Source: Bugula neritina (taxonomy: Eukaryota > Animalia > Bryozoa). From it: a stretch of DNA of 50,012 nucleotides. The notes below the pieces were generated by a model, which saw only the letters and a list, made by a program, of their open reading frames with translations, searched no databases and had not been told where the DNA came from. A program made the translations under genes and the position numbers. Each line of letters opens with the position of its first letter. Within the stretch, counting starts at the first letter, position 1. The stretch covers positions 1 through 50,012 of the forward strand of contig CAXIUT010000051.1 of NCBI GenBank assembly GCA_964035545.1. The letters run 5' to 3'. Shown here in pieces: positions 24,446 to 38,349 of this stretch.

Positions 24446-25950
24446 ATGGAGTTCATTTTGGCTCGATCGAGGTATCATCGTAAAAAGTTTTCTCAAGCTA
24501 TCTAAATATGTGATCAACTGCTAGCACAAAACAGTCGAGATGAGGTAGCTTTGTCATAATTCAGGCAGCATGGATTCTGAAGTGTCAATGCCTTATTCAA
24601 TAAAATCTGGTTGATTAGTTATAGACTGAGGAAGAGGGAATTGCTGAGATGATGATCAAAGAGGAAGATTCTAATCGATTTGCAAGGGCTGGAACATCTT
24701 TTAAAGGATCATCTCATGCCAATCCTATCATGCGTCCACTTCATTCTGGCAGAATAAACACAGGATTTCAAAGAGTAGGAACAAGTGCTGGTTCTAGAGC
24801 TGGAACAAGAAATAATATGTTAAGAACCGGTAGAATTATGACAAAAGCAGGAGTGCCAGCCACTGCAAATGGAAGAGTTTTACGCTTAGCTACTGCTTCT
24901 CTATAGCAATACGGATAAAACTTTTTTGATAGTGCAAAAGCAGATTTAAAAAAGCTATCACAGAGAAGATCTAAAGCCCGTCTTATATTTTTATACCTTT
25001 TCTATGTGGAACATAATATCAGAAAAAGTTTATAATTGGCAATATTTGCTACTGAGGCTAATAATTACTAGGATCCATGGTGGAAGCTAGCTTTAGGCAA
25101 GTGTTATTACCATTTAAACTTTTTAAAGGAGTCATAGCAACAGTTAATATCATCTATTAGACACAACAACAATATATCAGCTTATTTGTATTTAAGCAAA
25201 ATATACTAAAAACAAGATAGTGTAGATAAATCAATAAAAATATTGGAACAAGCTAAAGATAAACATCCTTTTTAACCTAAGTTAGATATAGCGATTGCTA
25301 GAATATATGACCAGTTGAATAATATGGAAACTTCTTACTAATACTATAAACAAGCTCTTAGTATTTAGAATTGTAATATCTAAGCAGTAGCTAATATAGC
25401 TGCCTATTTCTTTTATAAAGATCAACCAGAAATATCACTCAAACTTTATCAAAGACTAATTGAATTAGGCTACTAATCTCCTGAACTATGGAACAATATG
25501 GCTCTCTGCTGCTTTGCTAATCATCAGTATCACCTTTTTTACTCTTGCTTCTAGAGATCTATCCTTAATGGAAAGGATGATCCCTTTGTTTATAGTGAAC
25601 TATGGTATAATATAGGATATGTTTATACGATGTTAGGATAAACTGATTTTGCTTTATAGACCTATAAAGTGTCGTTAAAGCATAAACCAGACCATATTTA
25701 ATCTTTGAATAATATTGCCGTAATAGAAGCCAACAAAAATAAGATAGATTCAGCTATAAACTATGCTTAAAAGGCTTATAGAGAGGAACCATCTTTTGAA
25801 AGTTGTTATAATTTGTCTATTTGGTACTATAAAACCAATCAACTTTAAAAATCTCATAATTATAACAGTCAAGCTTTGAAATTCTTTCCCACTCATGCCT
25901 AGTCTCAGCAGTTGGCGACTCATCTTTTGAGAAAGTTGGACACTTTGTGA
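24446..25950 (+). CDS. BBS8: BBSome TPR subunit BBS8/TTC8; 20-nt intron at 24545-24564
   Basis: AAWILK, EEEGIAEMM, ARAGTSF, RPLHSGRINTGFQR, GRVLRLATAS, WWKLALGKCYY, DQPEISLKLYQRL, ELWNNMALCC and TPR repeats. Confidence 0.92.
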
Positions 25951-26094
25951 TTATATGATAACCTTAATTCATTTTAAAGTCTAAATTTAATATGTTTATA
26001 GCTTTTAGTATTAAATTCTTTTATATAGATTGAAATAATATCTTTATTAAATAGCAACGTAATACCTAAAGTTGATATAATTTAATTTTGACAA

Positions 26095-27486
26095 ATGGAG
26101 TTGGCTGATGACTTACTCAGACTTGTTTTCGGTCTGTTCGCTTTAGTGCTTCTCAGTTATCCTCTCAGGTTCATGGAAATCAAGATAAGGTTTTGGTACT
26201 CTCTCCTGATAGGCTTTGCTGTTCAGATCTATGTTTTTCGATCATACGTGTACCCTGTCTACATCCAACACTTGATCGCTTTCGCTCTGATTAAGTTCAA
26301 ATCTCCAAAAATCGGCAAGTTAGTTACTTTTGAGTCACTAGCTTTCCTTTCCTGCTATCACTTCTACGAAATCTTTACTAACTATGGAGGATGGACTATG
26401 AATGCTTCTGCAATGTTGATGATTTTGGTTTGTAAATACTCTTTGTTGGCCTACAATATTGAAGATGGACACTTAGATGAATAAAAAGTAACTGAAGAAC
26501 AAAAAAAATACAGAATTACTGAAAAAATATCTTTTATTGACTTTATTGGCTACTGCAACTTCTTGCCAAGTTCAATCATAGGTCCCCCTCTAGAATACCA
26601 AGATTACAAACAATTTATGGACAACAAAGGAGTCTACAACAATATCTCTACTCCTCATTTGAACCAAGCTATTTTAAAATCTTTTGGACAAACTCTTATG
26701 TATGGAGGTCTTTACATAGTTGCAGAAATATACTTTCCTTTAACTTCTATGAGAACAGATGAATTCTATAAACAGTCATATTTCTATGTTCTCTTTTATG
26801 TCTTCATAGCAGTTACGTTAGCCAGATGCAGGTATTATTTTGGTTGGAAATTTAGTATGTGTGCAGTTCACGCTTCAGGAGTCAGTTATAGCGGCCATGA
26901 TTTCAGTCGCATCAATATTGCGAATCCGATAGTTGTTTAGACTTCTATTCATGTGAGGTAAAAAATAAACAATTGGAACATTTTGGTTCAATAATGGCTA
27001 AGAAAGTGTATTTATCAAAGAAGTAATTTTAAAAATAAGACTGTTAGTCAAATATATGTCTTTGCTATTAGTGCCTTTTGGCATGGATTCTATGGAGCTT
27101 ACTATATTTCCTTTGTGTTTTGGTTTGCTCAACTTCACCTCAATACTCTTATCTTTAGATACACCAAATCTGGACAATCTATGCTTGTTAAAATATACAA
27201 AAAATTAGGAATCATTGGCTATTCCATTCTATCAATAATTACATTGATAAGTTTCAGTCACTGTGGAGCCTATTTCATGATCTTGAGTGGATCTCATTGT
27301 CTCCAACTACTAATTAAGCTAAAATTCTTGCCTCAAATTATATTATTTGGACTCATTATCTTCTTTACTGTTAAGAGACCTCCTAAAGATCGCAGCAAAC
27401 CTAAAACTGACTCATCTGAAGAAAAATCAGTGAAGAACAATCCTAACTCGAATGATTCATAAGTTGAGCCTTTGAAGAAAGAATGA
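26095..27486 (+). CDS. MBOAT-family lysophospholipid acyltransferase (LPCAT3/Ale1-like)
   Basis: Multiple TM segments, MLMILVCK, PSSIIGPPLEY, RYYFGW, WNILVQEWLRKCIY, SAFWHGFYGAYY catalytic His; C-terminal KKE. Confidence 0.93.
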
Positions 27487-27528
27487 TATGAATCTTGAAT
27501 ATATTATTATCAATTATAAACACCAAAT

Positions 27529-28197
27529 ATGATAAAATTCATCATAAGAAAGAGCCAATCTCTTTTTAGTTCGTCGATTAATCATAATTATTCAACTTAT
27601 AACAAACAAATAGCTCAATAGGTGTCTAAGAAGATGAACGAGAAGGTTTAAGTGATGAAAGAAACATTAGCTAAAACTACTCCTCGATCATTTTCAGCTT
27701 TATTTCTCCTGGCAAGTATACCTGCTTTTTACTTTATCAACTAACTCATGTAGAACAACTATAGTGACTCTTAGTTTACGAATAATTCTAACAGATTTAA
27801 TAAATACTTTTACCTCTACAATTTGACCTTCTATAGTTGTAGCTTATGTTTAACTAAATTCAACTTTCATAGTCCTTCTAGTTTGCATACTTTACCCAAA
27901 ACAGCTATTAAATCAGCTTTTATACCTCTACTTTTGTCTTTTATCGGCTTAATGTTGCCATAAACAGATAGTAAACATATAATATGGCCAGCTGTAGCGA
28001 CTCAAATAGGTACAATGTTAGTTGAGGGAACTATGGCCAATAAAGGAATTCTTCCTTTTTGGTATTATTCTCATAGACACTATATAGGTCTTTTCTATTT
28101 TGTCATGTTCATCATTAACTTTGTAGCTATGAATCGATTATCAAAACGTAGAGAAAGCCATCCTCATGAATTCGTTGACATCAAAAGTGATGAATGA
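27529..28197 (+). CDS. Membrane protein with mitochondrial-presequence-like N-terminus; possibly TMEM69/DUF3429-like
   Basis: Basic/Ser-rich N-terminus, several TM segments, GILPFWYYSHR motif. Confidence 0.45.
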
Positions 28198-28243
28198 TTT
28201 GATAATATATCAATACTTCTGTTTGATAATATATTTGTATATA

Positions 28244-29997
28244 ATGCCTAGACTGATTCCGAGGGAATAGAAACCTTCCTCTTTTTCATTTTATAATCAA
28301 ACAAAAAAACGATTTACAGATGAATTCTAAAGAATAACCAACAAATATCATCTTAATAATTTGGTTCTGGTTCTTGATATTAAATCTGCAAAAGTTATCT
28401 CATCTTTATTCACAGTCACTGAACTTGTAGCTTTTGGAATAGTTTTTATTTAGAGGTTGTAAGTAGTCAGAAAACCTTTGGAACACCATGCTATTTACTT
28501 TATAACTCCTTAAAAAAGTTCAATAGATATGATGCTTAAAGATTTTTAAAACGAGTCTTATCCACAATACAGAAAGTCTCATATTCTTTTTTCAAATGCC
28601 TTAGATCCAAGAATGCTAAAAGAAATTTCACAACATAAACATTTTCTTAAAAAATTAGCAAAACATTCTTTTAAATAATTTTATTTACAACTCTAAATAG
28701 TATCAGATAACTGTTTAAGCATGAACATACCATACCTTCAGTATGCTTACAGTAGATAAAATGCAGATGAAAAGGCTATTAGAAACGTTATAAGTCAAAA
28801 GTTTATTCATCTCATTGCAGCCTACCCAACTCTTTTTACAGTACGTTTCCTTTATGATAAAACTCAAGCTAACAAAATAACATAGCGGATAGTCTAACTA
28901 AGTGCACAACACATGAAAAGCTATTTACATAAATTACTAGAATCAAAATCAAATGCAATCGACCCTAATGCTCCAGATATAACAATATTCGTAGTAGATC
29001 GCAGTATCGATGTCATAACTCCTTCTATTCATGGATATTCTTATGAATCATTGTTATTTGATATTTTAAGTGATAAAGAGTTGGAATAAATATAAAAATT
29101 ACCAAGAGGAATCTTTAATTAGTTCAGATATAGACATATATCGCATGCTTTGCAGCTGTTACCTGGAAAACTATAAGAAGTGCTTAGTCAAATCAATCAT
29201 CCAGATAAGTTAGACGCAATGGAAGTGAAAAAACTTATAGAATAAAAATAATAAATTAATGTTCATTTAGAACTTCTTCATAGGTTATTTTAAAAATATC
29301 AAGAAAAAAATTTGCAGTAAATCGGATAATTATAACTAAGTATGGCAACTGGAGTGAATGAAGATGGTAAGCAAACTAGTAGTACTGAATTGATAGGATA
29401 TGTAGTCTAACAAATCAAAAATAATAAAATCCTAACTCAGCTTGAACTTCTAAGGCTAGCTGCTCTTGTTTTAACTTGTATTAAATTGAGTAAGCAAGAC
29501 TATCAAGATATAATTAATCTTTTCGAAGGGGATAGTAAAAGAGTTTTGACAAATTTGGTAGCACTTGGTGTTTCTTACGATAAAAATATATCTAAAAGTA
29601 CTAAAAACATAGATAAACCTGCTATGGATAGAGCTAGGGAACTTTTAAACCAAAGAAGTATTCCATCATAACGATTTGTACCTGCACTATGTATGATATA
29701 TCTCATAAAGAAATAACAATTCCTATTTTGATATAATTTTTAAAGAAGTAATCTCGAGGAGGTGGCCGTACCAAGATGGGCGAGGCTATTGTATCTGTGA
29801 CTTCACAGTAGAATTTAGGAACAAACTTTGATGAAAAAAGGTTGATTTGTTTTATGTGTGGAGGGCTAAGCCATACATAGATATGCAGTATTCGTCATAA
29901 GCCTGAACTTGATTCAGTTGTGTTAGTTGGTGATGAGGTCAATAGTCCTAACTAGTTTATGAATGCATTGATGAAGATTGATATATTTGATAAGTGA
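28244..29997 (+). CDS. Sec1/Munc18 family vesicle-fusion regulator; 20-nt intron at 29691-29710
   Basis: VLVLD, IERLEVVRKPLEHHAIYFITP, FVVDRSIDVITP..HGYSYESL, FRYRHI, LELSMATG, RLICFMCGGLSHTEI. Confidence 0.9.
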
Positions 29998-30064
29998 TGT
30001 GAATGATTTGTTACAGTCATTTTAATCAGTAAAATAAGATTGCTGGGATATTATTGTTATTTAA

Positions 30065-32191
30065 ATGAATAGAAAAAGTGACATTTAGTTTCCAGACGAT
30101 CCTTATTAGGTTATTAGAAAATTAAGAACAGCTCTTGAGTAACAAAAATCTCAACTTTAATAATACGAAATGGTTTGTAATTCTCTTTCATTCTAAAAAA
30201 ATGCTTCTATTCAATAGGCAAATGACCTCAAAAAGTAAGTCTAAAATATCAGTCAAAAGCTATAACATGAACAACAATCAAAAAGTGATAAATCAAGAGT
30301 AAGTAGTAATCCTTTGAACTTATTTCAGACAAAAGTGTTCACAAAATAAAATAAACAACTAGTCAATACTATGACTTTATAGCGTAAAATAGATATAAGT
30401 TCATCTCATTTGATTCCTTTGATGAGTCCGTCTTCAAGTTCTTTAAAAAGACCTCAAAAATCAAAATAATTCATTCCTTCTCCAATTATCTTTAAAACAA
30501 GATAGCCATCAATTAACAAAACAAACCTTTCATCCGAACATTCTTCATAAAATATCATGGAAAATGTTGGAGACCATCTTGTTGAAGATGTGGTTGTGGT
30601 AAGTCCTGACATTTTATCTCTTAAAAAAATGAAATAAAACAATAAATAAGAAATATCCATCAATATATCTGAGTACTATTATTTTAACTATAATACTTTG
30701 TACAAAAATAGAAAATCTTAGTATTTGAAGGAAGTCGCTAGAAGGGCTTTTCCTTTAGGAGCTTTTGCTATTAGAAAAAATGTTGATAATTATTAACAAT
30801 TTAAAAGAGATATGTAGTTTTCAGTTGCTTCTAAGATGGGAGAATAGTATTTTATATTTAATTTGAAGGGAGATTTTGCTGATAATCAAAAAAATAAAAT
30901 ATTTCTGGGGAATTGTAACCCTTTTCAGGGATTATTTGCTGTATGTTTAAAAGTGCCTGACTTTATACCTATTAGAGACTAAAAGTACAATAATAAAAAA
31001 GACCAACAAGTCTGGATGGTTTAAAAAGTCTATGTTATATTGACCTATTATCCATATTTTAATACTCATATATCTTTGTTGTCGAAAATGCATCAAATAT
31101 TGCAGCCTCAGTGGTATAAGCTTCAAAAATAGGACATATTTTCTAGAAATTTGCAAAGAAATTTAACTGAAACTCAACATAATTCATAAATAAGTAAGAT
31201 AATATCATATTTTATGACAAAAAAGCCAGACTATAATCAGGTTTGTTTATATTAGCATCACTATTTTGGTTCAATTCCTTCTCAAGGGTTTTATTCAGAA
31301 TATTCTATAGCTCTTTTTACTTGTCCTATATTCTTTTCAATATTTGCCTATGAATAAATGCTACTACTTTTAACTGCAATGTTTTTATAAAAAACTATAA
31401 TATTTACCAGCAAAAGCTAATCAGCTGCTACTTTATGCGCTCTATTTTTAACGACTGTTTTGTTTCCATTTAAATACAACCAACATTTGATATTAAATTG
31501 CGATAAATAGAAAGTGGATAATATATTATTTTAATTTCCCTTTATTTTGGTTGCAACAGTTAAGAAAGATACGAATTATTCTAACATTCTTAGGATGTTT
31601 ATCGATAATAATGGCGATAGGTTTAAGGGTTTTAATACTAAGGATCAAACAGCTCCTCTTATTTTGGTTGATATAGATTCTAATTGTATTTTTTATGATC
31701 CTCTTTTAAATAAATCTTTTTAAGAGTTAATTATATCGCCTAGTGATAATTTAAGATAAAGCTATAATATAGTAAATCCTTCAAATTCTAAATCATTTAC
31801 TTTTACTAAAAAGATGCCTGTAGAATTCATGTCTAAGCCTAGAAATGATTATTAAAAAAATTAAGAATAAAGAAGAAAAACTCTTAAATAGTATTAACAA
31901 AAAATTAATAATAATTTTAGTAAATGGCCTGACTATCAACTAAAACCTTCTCATATTAAAATACTTACACTATTGGCTTAATACATTCAATCTTTTGGCA
32001 TTAGTCGACAGTATCAAGTGGAATTGATCCGAAATAGTGCAAATAATCATGAAATGAGAAAAGAGATGGTTAAGAAGTATTTGGCTTAGAGACATCCTTG
32101 TCGTAAAAGTTTTATCTAGGTTTTGGTATAGAGTCAGTTATATGCTGATTACTTGGATTAAATTTAGAGAAAAGTTATGGATAAAAAATGA
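30065..32191 (+). CDS. DENN-domain protein (Rab GEF-like)
   Basis: RRAFPLG, KVYVILTYYPYF, MFLEKTIIFTSKS, VLFPFKY, FPFILV and C-terminal FIEVLVESQLYADYL. Confidence 0.75.
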
Positions 32192-32255
32192 TTTATACTA
32201 ATTTATCTTTTATTATTCAATTCAATATTTAAATATCTATCAAATAATAGAACAC

Positions 32256-33490
32256 ATGTTAATCAAAAATTCACTTGTCTTCATTCCGATACTTCTCCTT
32301 CTAACGACTACATATCAACTATAAACAGACATATTAAGCAGAATAGTATCTTTCTATTCTAATTTTAATACAACTGATTATGTACATATTTATCTCCATA
32401 GATAAACCCCTCATCTGAACCGTCAGGTAGTGACTATTACAAAGGTCCCTTTGAGCTCTATCTGTATAGCAACCATACTTTCAAATTTGTCATTCCTTAT
32501 GACTCCAAATCTGCATAATACATCATCACTGGTGAGACATAACTTAGTTCTTAATGGGCATTTATAGGCAATACCTATTCATTGGTAAGTAAAGATCTTA
32601 AAGGTACAGTTTCACATGAAATAAATGTAGGCATTAGATGGAAATATCAATTATAAATATCAAGTCGAGGTATAAAACTATAGAGATAGTAGATTAGATA
32701 TGAATATATCAATTGGATAGCATTGATTCTTTTTGGATTATGTGGAGCTATGCTGTTTCCTTTGTGCGATAGAGATCGGACTAAAGTTTTGTATAATATT
32801 AAAAAAAGAACACATCCTTTAATGTAATATACTATTCTATTCAAAATTATTACTCTAGCATTTATCTTTATCATCAATTGTTTCTATTCTATCATCAATT
32901 TACCTTGGTATTACATAGTTCCTATCTATTCAATCTATCTTTTGACCTTTATTCCTTCTGTTATTCATGTCATGTACTTTCTCAGTGCTCTGCAGCAGCA
33001 AATCAGATCGTATAAATGTTTTGATGACTTGAATCAAGTTATAAAGTGTGTTTTAGTGGTATCTCTTTTCTTATCGATTCCTTTATTGTCTGTTCTTTCT
33101 GCTTTTATTGATAAAAATATCTATTTTTACTTTTTTATTAGTATTACAACTCTTTATCAATATTATTTTGCTTGTAAAAACAAAAAATATTCTTTCACTA
33201 GAGTTCTTCTTTATGATATTTGCATAACTGCTCTTTTGTTACTTTTTGGTATGTTTTTACCTTCGATGAATTTTACTACGCTATCGATAAAGGATGTTTT
33301 TATTTTTTGGAATTACTATATTTGTCTATTTGCTTTTGCTATAGTAGTTAGTCGTAAAAAGATAAAAATGGAAATAGCTTAGGATATTCATTTAGATTAA
33401 TTTTCATAAAGTTTGCCTAGACCTGCATCAGAAAGTGAGAGAAGGAAAGAAGAAGTAAATGTCCAGACGATTGAAATGATTAGTCCTTGA
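32256..33490 (+). CDS. Signal peptide, luminal domain and multi-pass (~7 TM) membrane protein
   Basis: Hydrophobic N-terminus, soluble segment, then successive hydrophobic stretches; TGA at 33488-33490. Confidence 0.65.
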
Positions 33491-33518
33491 TTATTATAGA
33501 TTGAATTATAACAATAAA

Positions 33519-34187
33519 ATGATTAGTTCGAGTAATTTTTTTGATAAAACTCTTTTCTCGTCTTAATAAAAAGCCAACAACTAAAATAATAATAAAAATT
33601 CCTTCAAAAAATAAACACTCACTCCATGGAATCTTTATTAATAAACTCCAATCGAAATGATGAGTAAACAACTTGAAAGATAGCATTAAAAAAATTAAAG
33701 AAAAAAACAAAAAAGTAAATTATAAGCAAAACATTCTATTCAACTTCCTCCTATACCTCAATCAACTGATAAATCATTCTCTTTAGACCTTAAGGGAACT
33801 TTAAAAGGTTCTGTTTTACATATAAAACCAAAATAAGATAAGAAATCCAAAACAGACAGAAGTTACGATTCTATGTCGATTAACTAGTTTATCAATAAGC
33901 ATAGGGCATAGTTAACAATATAAAAAGAGCCTAAAAAGCTGTCATTTACACCAATTTAGAATAAAGAATAGCCTATATTTCTTTTGAACAGAAATTCAAG
34001 AAAAGGTTATTTGAGATAGAAATCAAGTAAGGTTCTCGATCTGAAGAAATAGCTTCTTGATCCAATATAGCTGTATAACAGAAGGTCGATAGTAACAATA
34101 GATCCATAAATAAAAAATGCTAAATTTTACCACAGAAGATCTATCTAAAGACTACAATCAAAACATTTAAATCGTTATCAATTTTGA
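33519..34187 (+). CDS. Hypothetical basic protein
   Basis: Uninterrupted ATG-TGA frame (~222 aa) in table 30. Confidence 0.55.
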
Positions 34188-34264
34188 TTTTTGTTTATAA
34201 TTAGTTATCAAATTATCATAAAATAGGTAAATCTTATACTTTAAGACCTTTTGTTAAACAATGA

Positions 34265-34774
34265 TCAACAAAACTATTGATATCTATTGCTTATTCATTC
34301 AATCCTCCAAATTAAATTACTCTTTATCCTATCATTTTATTTGTTATTTCTCTTCCTGGATTTTTTAGATCCATTCTCAGATAGTATTATCCTATTTTCT
34401 TTGCTTCTTCTGATCTATAGTCTACATATATGTTTGTTAGCTCTTTTAAAGCTGGAAGATAGTTTCTTTAAAAAATAAAAGAACTGACTCTGTTGTAGAT
34501 ACTAGACTGGAAAATAACTTAATTATAGATGTAATACAATCGTAGACTGCATTAAGGCTGAAGAAGACAGAAAACCCAACAAGATAGGCTATTCTTAATT
34601 TATTTTATTTAAGTTTTTTCGAGTATTTATTGAAAATAGAGATATTTTTATTTTTGATCTTTTGGTTGAGGAAATCATTCTCAAGGATGATATCTTTCCT
34701 GCATTCCTTTGTATTATTATTCGTACCATGAGGGTGAGGTGTCGATGGAAAGTAAATTTATCACAATTATTCAT
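34265..34774 (-). CDS. Hypothetical protein (~169 aa)
   Basis: Uninterrupted ATG-TGA frame in table 30. Confidence 0.45.
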
Positions 34775-34803
34775 TTATTATCAATCTAATTAATAGATAT
34801 TTT

Positions 34804-36000
34804 ATGTTAAAAACACTGAGTCTAATCATCATATCAGCTCTTATCCTACTTGCCTTGACTGCTAATGCTCCATATAAGAAGGTAGTTCATAAAACAGATC
34901 CAAATGCCTTATGTCTTGATGGTTCACCAGCAGCTCTTTATCTAAGCTAAGGTGATCCTAGAAATATTTTGATGTATTTTGTCGGAGGAGCATCTTGTGC
35001 TTCTGATGATCTGCAGTCTACTCTCTAAAGTTGTTACCAACGAAGCAAAATACATCTTGGTAGTAGTAAATACTGGCCATAATTGAACTAATTTTCAGGA
35101 GTTTTATCTAATGATCCGGCAAAAAATATATTTGCGAACTGGACTAAAGCTGTCTTTTTGTATTGTGATGGTGCTTTTCATCAGGGAAATAACAAATCAC
35201 CAATTAAGTACAAAGATATTTCTTTATATTTCAGAGGAGGAGTCATTACAAGATCTCATATTAAGTACTTGAATGATACTTTTGATTTCAATATGGCCGA
35301 TAGAGTGGTGCTTACTGGATCATCTGCTGGTGGTATGGCTACTTTTGCATGGACAGATCATCTTAAATCACTTCTTAATCCTAAAACTGAGTTTTATCCT
35401 ATTCCTGACTCAGGTATCTTTCTTGATGTTAGTTTTCCAATTCTTCCTTAAGGAAAAACAAACCTTCATCATTCCATGTTAGGAAGTGCTATGCAGGTAC
35501 TCTTTACTCTTTCTAACAAAGATGAAAATGTTCCTAATTAGGCTTGTGCTTCATCTATGGGAAAAGATTATGAGTTCAATTGTTTAAATATTCAAACTGC
35601 TGCTCTATTCTTGAAAACAGAGTCTCTCTTTATTCAATCAAGCTATGACTGGTACATTATAAGATATGGTGCTGGATTTACTTGCCTAGTTGAAGGAAAA
35701 TCAGGTTTTTCACTGAAAAATTGTGACTAACAGACAATGGTACTCATTGAAGGCTATAGATCTTACTATCTCGAATACCTCAGGAAAATACTTGATAAGG
35801 GTCATAATATATGGACAATATCTTGCAGCTGGCATGCTGTGAGTCAATTCGATCAATTCTACTAATCTCCTCTTGAAAGAGTACCATAAGCCAAAGGAAT
35901 AACTATGCAGTAGGCGATGTATAGTTTTGTTTTTGACTAAACTAAGGTTATCAGTATTGATGTCGATCCTTGGCCAATGAATAAAGCTTGTGCTTATTGA
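34804..36000 (+). CDS. Secreted pectinacetylesterase/Notum-family alpha/beta hydrolase
   Basis: Signal peptide, CLDGSP, GGASC, YCDGAFHQG, LTGSSAGG (nucleophile Ser), DSGIFLD, YDWY, SCSWHA (His). Confidence 0.92.
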
Positions 36001-36134
36001 TCAAATTGAGATTTAATCTGTTATTTTGTTAATCATAATATGATATTTAAATTAGAAAGGAAAGTATAGCTGACGTGATATTGGTTTTATTAATCCTATT
36101 TAATAAGGTGATCTAAATAATTTTATTTATACTA

Positions 36135-38264
36135 ATGACTTAACCTACAATAAGCAAGCAAGAGTAGAACCTTAGTTTGGAATATTCCTTTTCTTTTGGC
36201 AACTTTTAACAGATAATAAAAAGCAATTTCTAGAAGATTCAGAAAACTTTAGAAGATCATCAAATATCAATATGTTCTCTTCAAGGCAAACCAATTCCAA
36301 AAATATCATATAATATCAAATAAAATGATATAACTATGAAGCAGTAGCCAAAACAAGAAATAACAGGCGAAATAAAGGAAAAAACTCTCAAACTGGAATA
36401 ACTAAAAAATGAAAATTCATCTGTTTAAGTCAATTAAATTGCATCTACTTTGAACGAAAAGTAATAGTTGAATCCAGAACAAAAACCTAAAGGGTAAAAT
36501 ATAGGAATTAATATATCAACGCCAACTGATAAACAATCAACTCAAACAGTATCATAACAACCAGTAAATGTACCATACAAACAGAAAGTCATAACCTAAC
36601 AATCAATATCTGTTTCATAGCAGCCAAAAGTCCAACCAATGATTAAGGTTTAAACTTTGCCTTAAAGACTGAAGTAGCCTCCATAACTATTGCCATTGAT
36701 GAATGAGACTCAATCTCATCATAATTATTTTTCATAAGCTGAACAAAAAGCAGTAGAATCAAAAATTTTTTAACTTTTCGAAAGAGTTCGTCAACTTTAA
36801 TAAAAAGAGTTGATGAATAATAGACAAAATGCAAAGTTATTTAAAGAACAAGAATATGAACTTCAAAGCAATGTTAGAGGAATATAAAAGGTCTCAAAGA
36901 AGATCTAAAGTTATTAAGATTAGATATCTAAGTTAAGAACTTAATTGTCTGAGTATAAACTGAAGAAAGAGGCTAAATTGAATAAGATGATTCAATCGAA
37001 TAGTATGAATCAGTCAACAGCTGCAACTAATAATGATAATTATGACTATTTGACTGAAAAGTTACAATTTTTGTTGAAACATGTAAGAGAATTGATGAAT
37101 AAAAAAAGTTATGAAGATTAAAGAGAAGATATGCAGAACCAGGTAGATTATTTAAGAAAAAAACTGAAATAATCTATTAATGAAAACTATCTTCAATAAA
37201 CTATCAAAAATACATAAGTTAAAATATACAATACAGTCGCTAAATATCTAAAAGCTGCCCAAAATAACAATCCCAAACAAACAAATGAACAATCTTCTGG
37301 ATTATCAGGTAATAATTAGCTTGATTAAATCATTTAGTAAAGTAACAAAGACTTTAATCAAAAAGTTAGTATTCATTCTGAGAAAATCAAATAGATTAAT
37401 TAACAACTAGAACTTCTTCATAGTTAGATTGAATTATCCAAAAAGGAAAAGATTCAATTTGAATAATAAATCAATTAACAATTAAAAAATATGAATTAAT
37501 ATGATCATCAGTTATCTAATAAGATCTAAGAGCTAAAAGTAAATAGTTAATAAAATAAATTAAATTTTAATCAAAAAGATTTATAAAGTTAGTCTCAAAT
37601 AATTGATTTGCAGTAGCAAGTTTAAAAGATTAATTCTCATCTTAAAACTTATAATCATGCTTTTGGATAATCAGGAAATAAACCCAAAGAAGGACATTAA
37701 AGACAAAACTCTTCATCTCTTTAACACTCACAAGAAAGAACACAAGATCTTCAGATGATAGAACAAGACCTTACTGTCCAGAAAAAGAAAGTTAGCAAGA
37801 TATCAGCTAAACTTCAAGGAGCAAAAGAAGATTTACTTAAAGTTAAACAAGAATTTACAAGATAGATACAGGATTTAAAGATGCATTTATAGAAGAAATC
37901 TGATTGGGACAGCTTAAAGAAGACTTTAAGTTACTTTTAATAGAAGTTAAAAGAACAAAGACTCATTCTTCAGCATTTATACAATTCTAATGATCGACCT
38001 GAAGGTGATGATTCTTTGGCTGTCAAGAAGAGTTGGACGTGTTTGATGTGTGATAGAGATATAAGAAATTATGAAGGAAGAGTAAGCGAGCTGAAGTTTA
38101 CGAGTATGTTTCCTGTTGGAAATTCTCCTAGAATTGGAGGTTATCACAAACAGCAACAAAGCAATCAAGAGTATAAGCAGGTATTTTTAAGCAATAAAAA
38201 GCAAAGGCTTGGATCAATAAAGTCTAGAGATAATAGAGAGTCAAAGTAAGAATTACATCCTTGA
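36135..38264 (+). CDS. Coiled-coil protein with C-terminal CxxC motif
   Basis: Long heptad region and DDSLAVKKSWTCLMCDR near the C-terminus. Confidence 0.6.
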
Positions 38265-38349
38265 ATAAAATGATTGTTTTCTTCATAATTTAAAGTAAAA
38301 TAAATTTTCTAGAATTTAGGTTATATAATATAAATAAATTGATAAAAAT

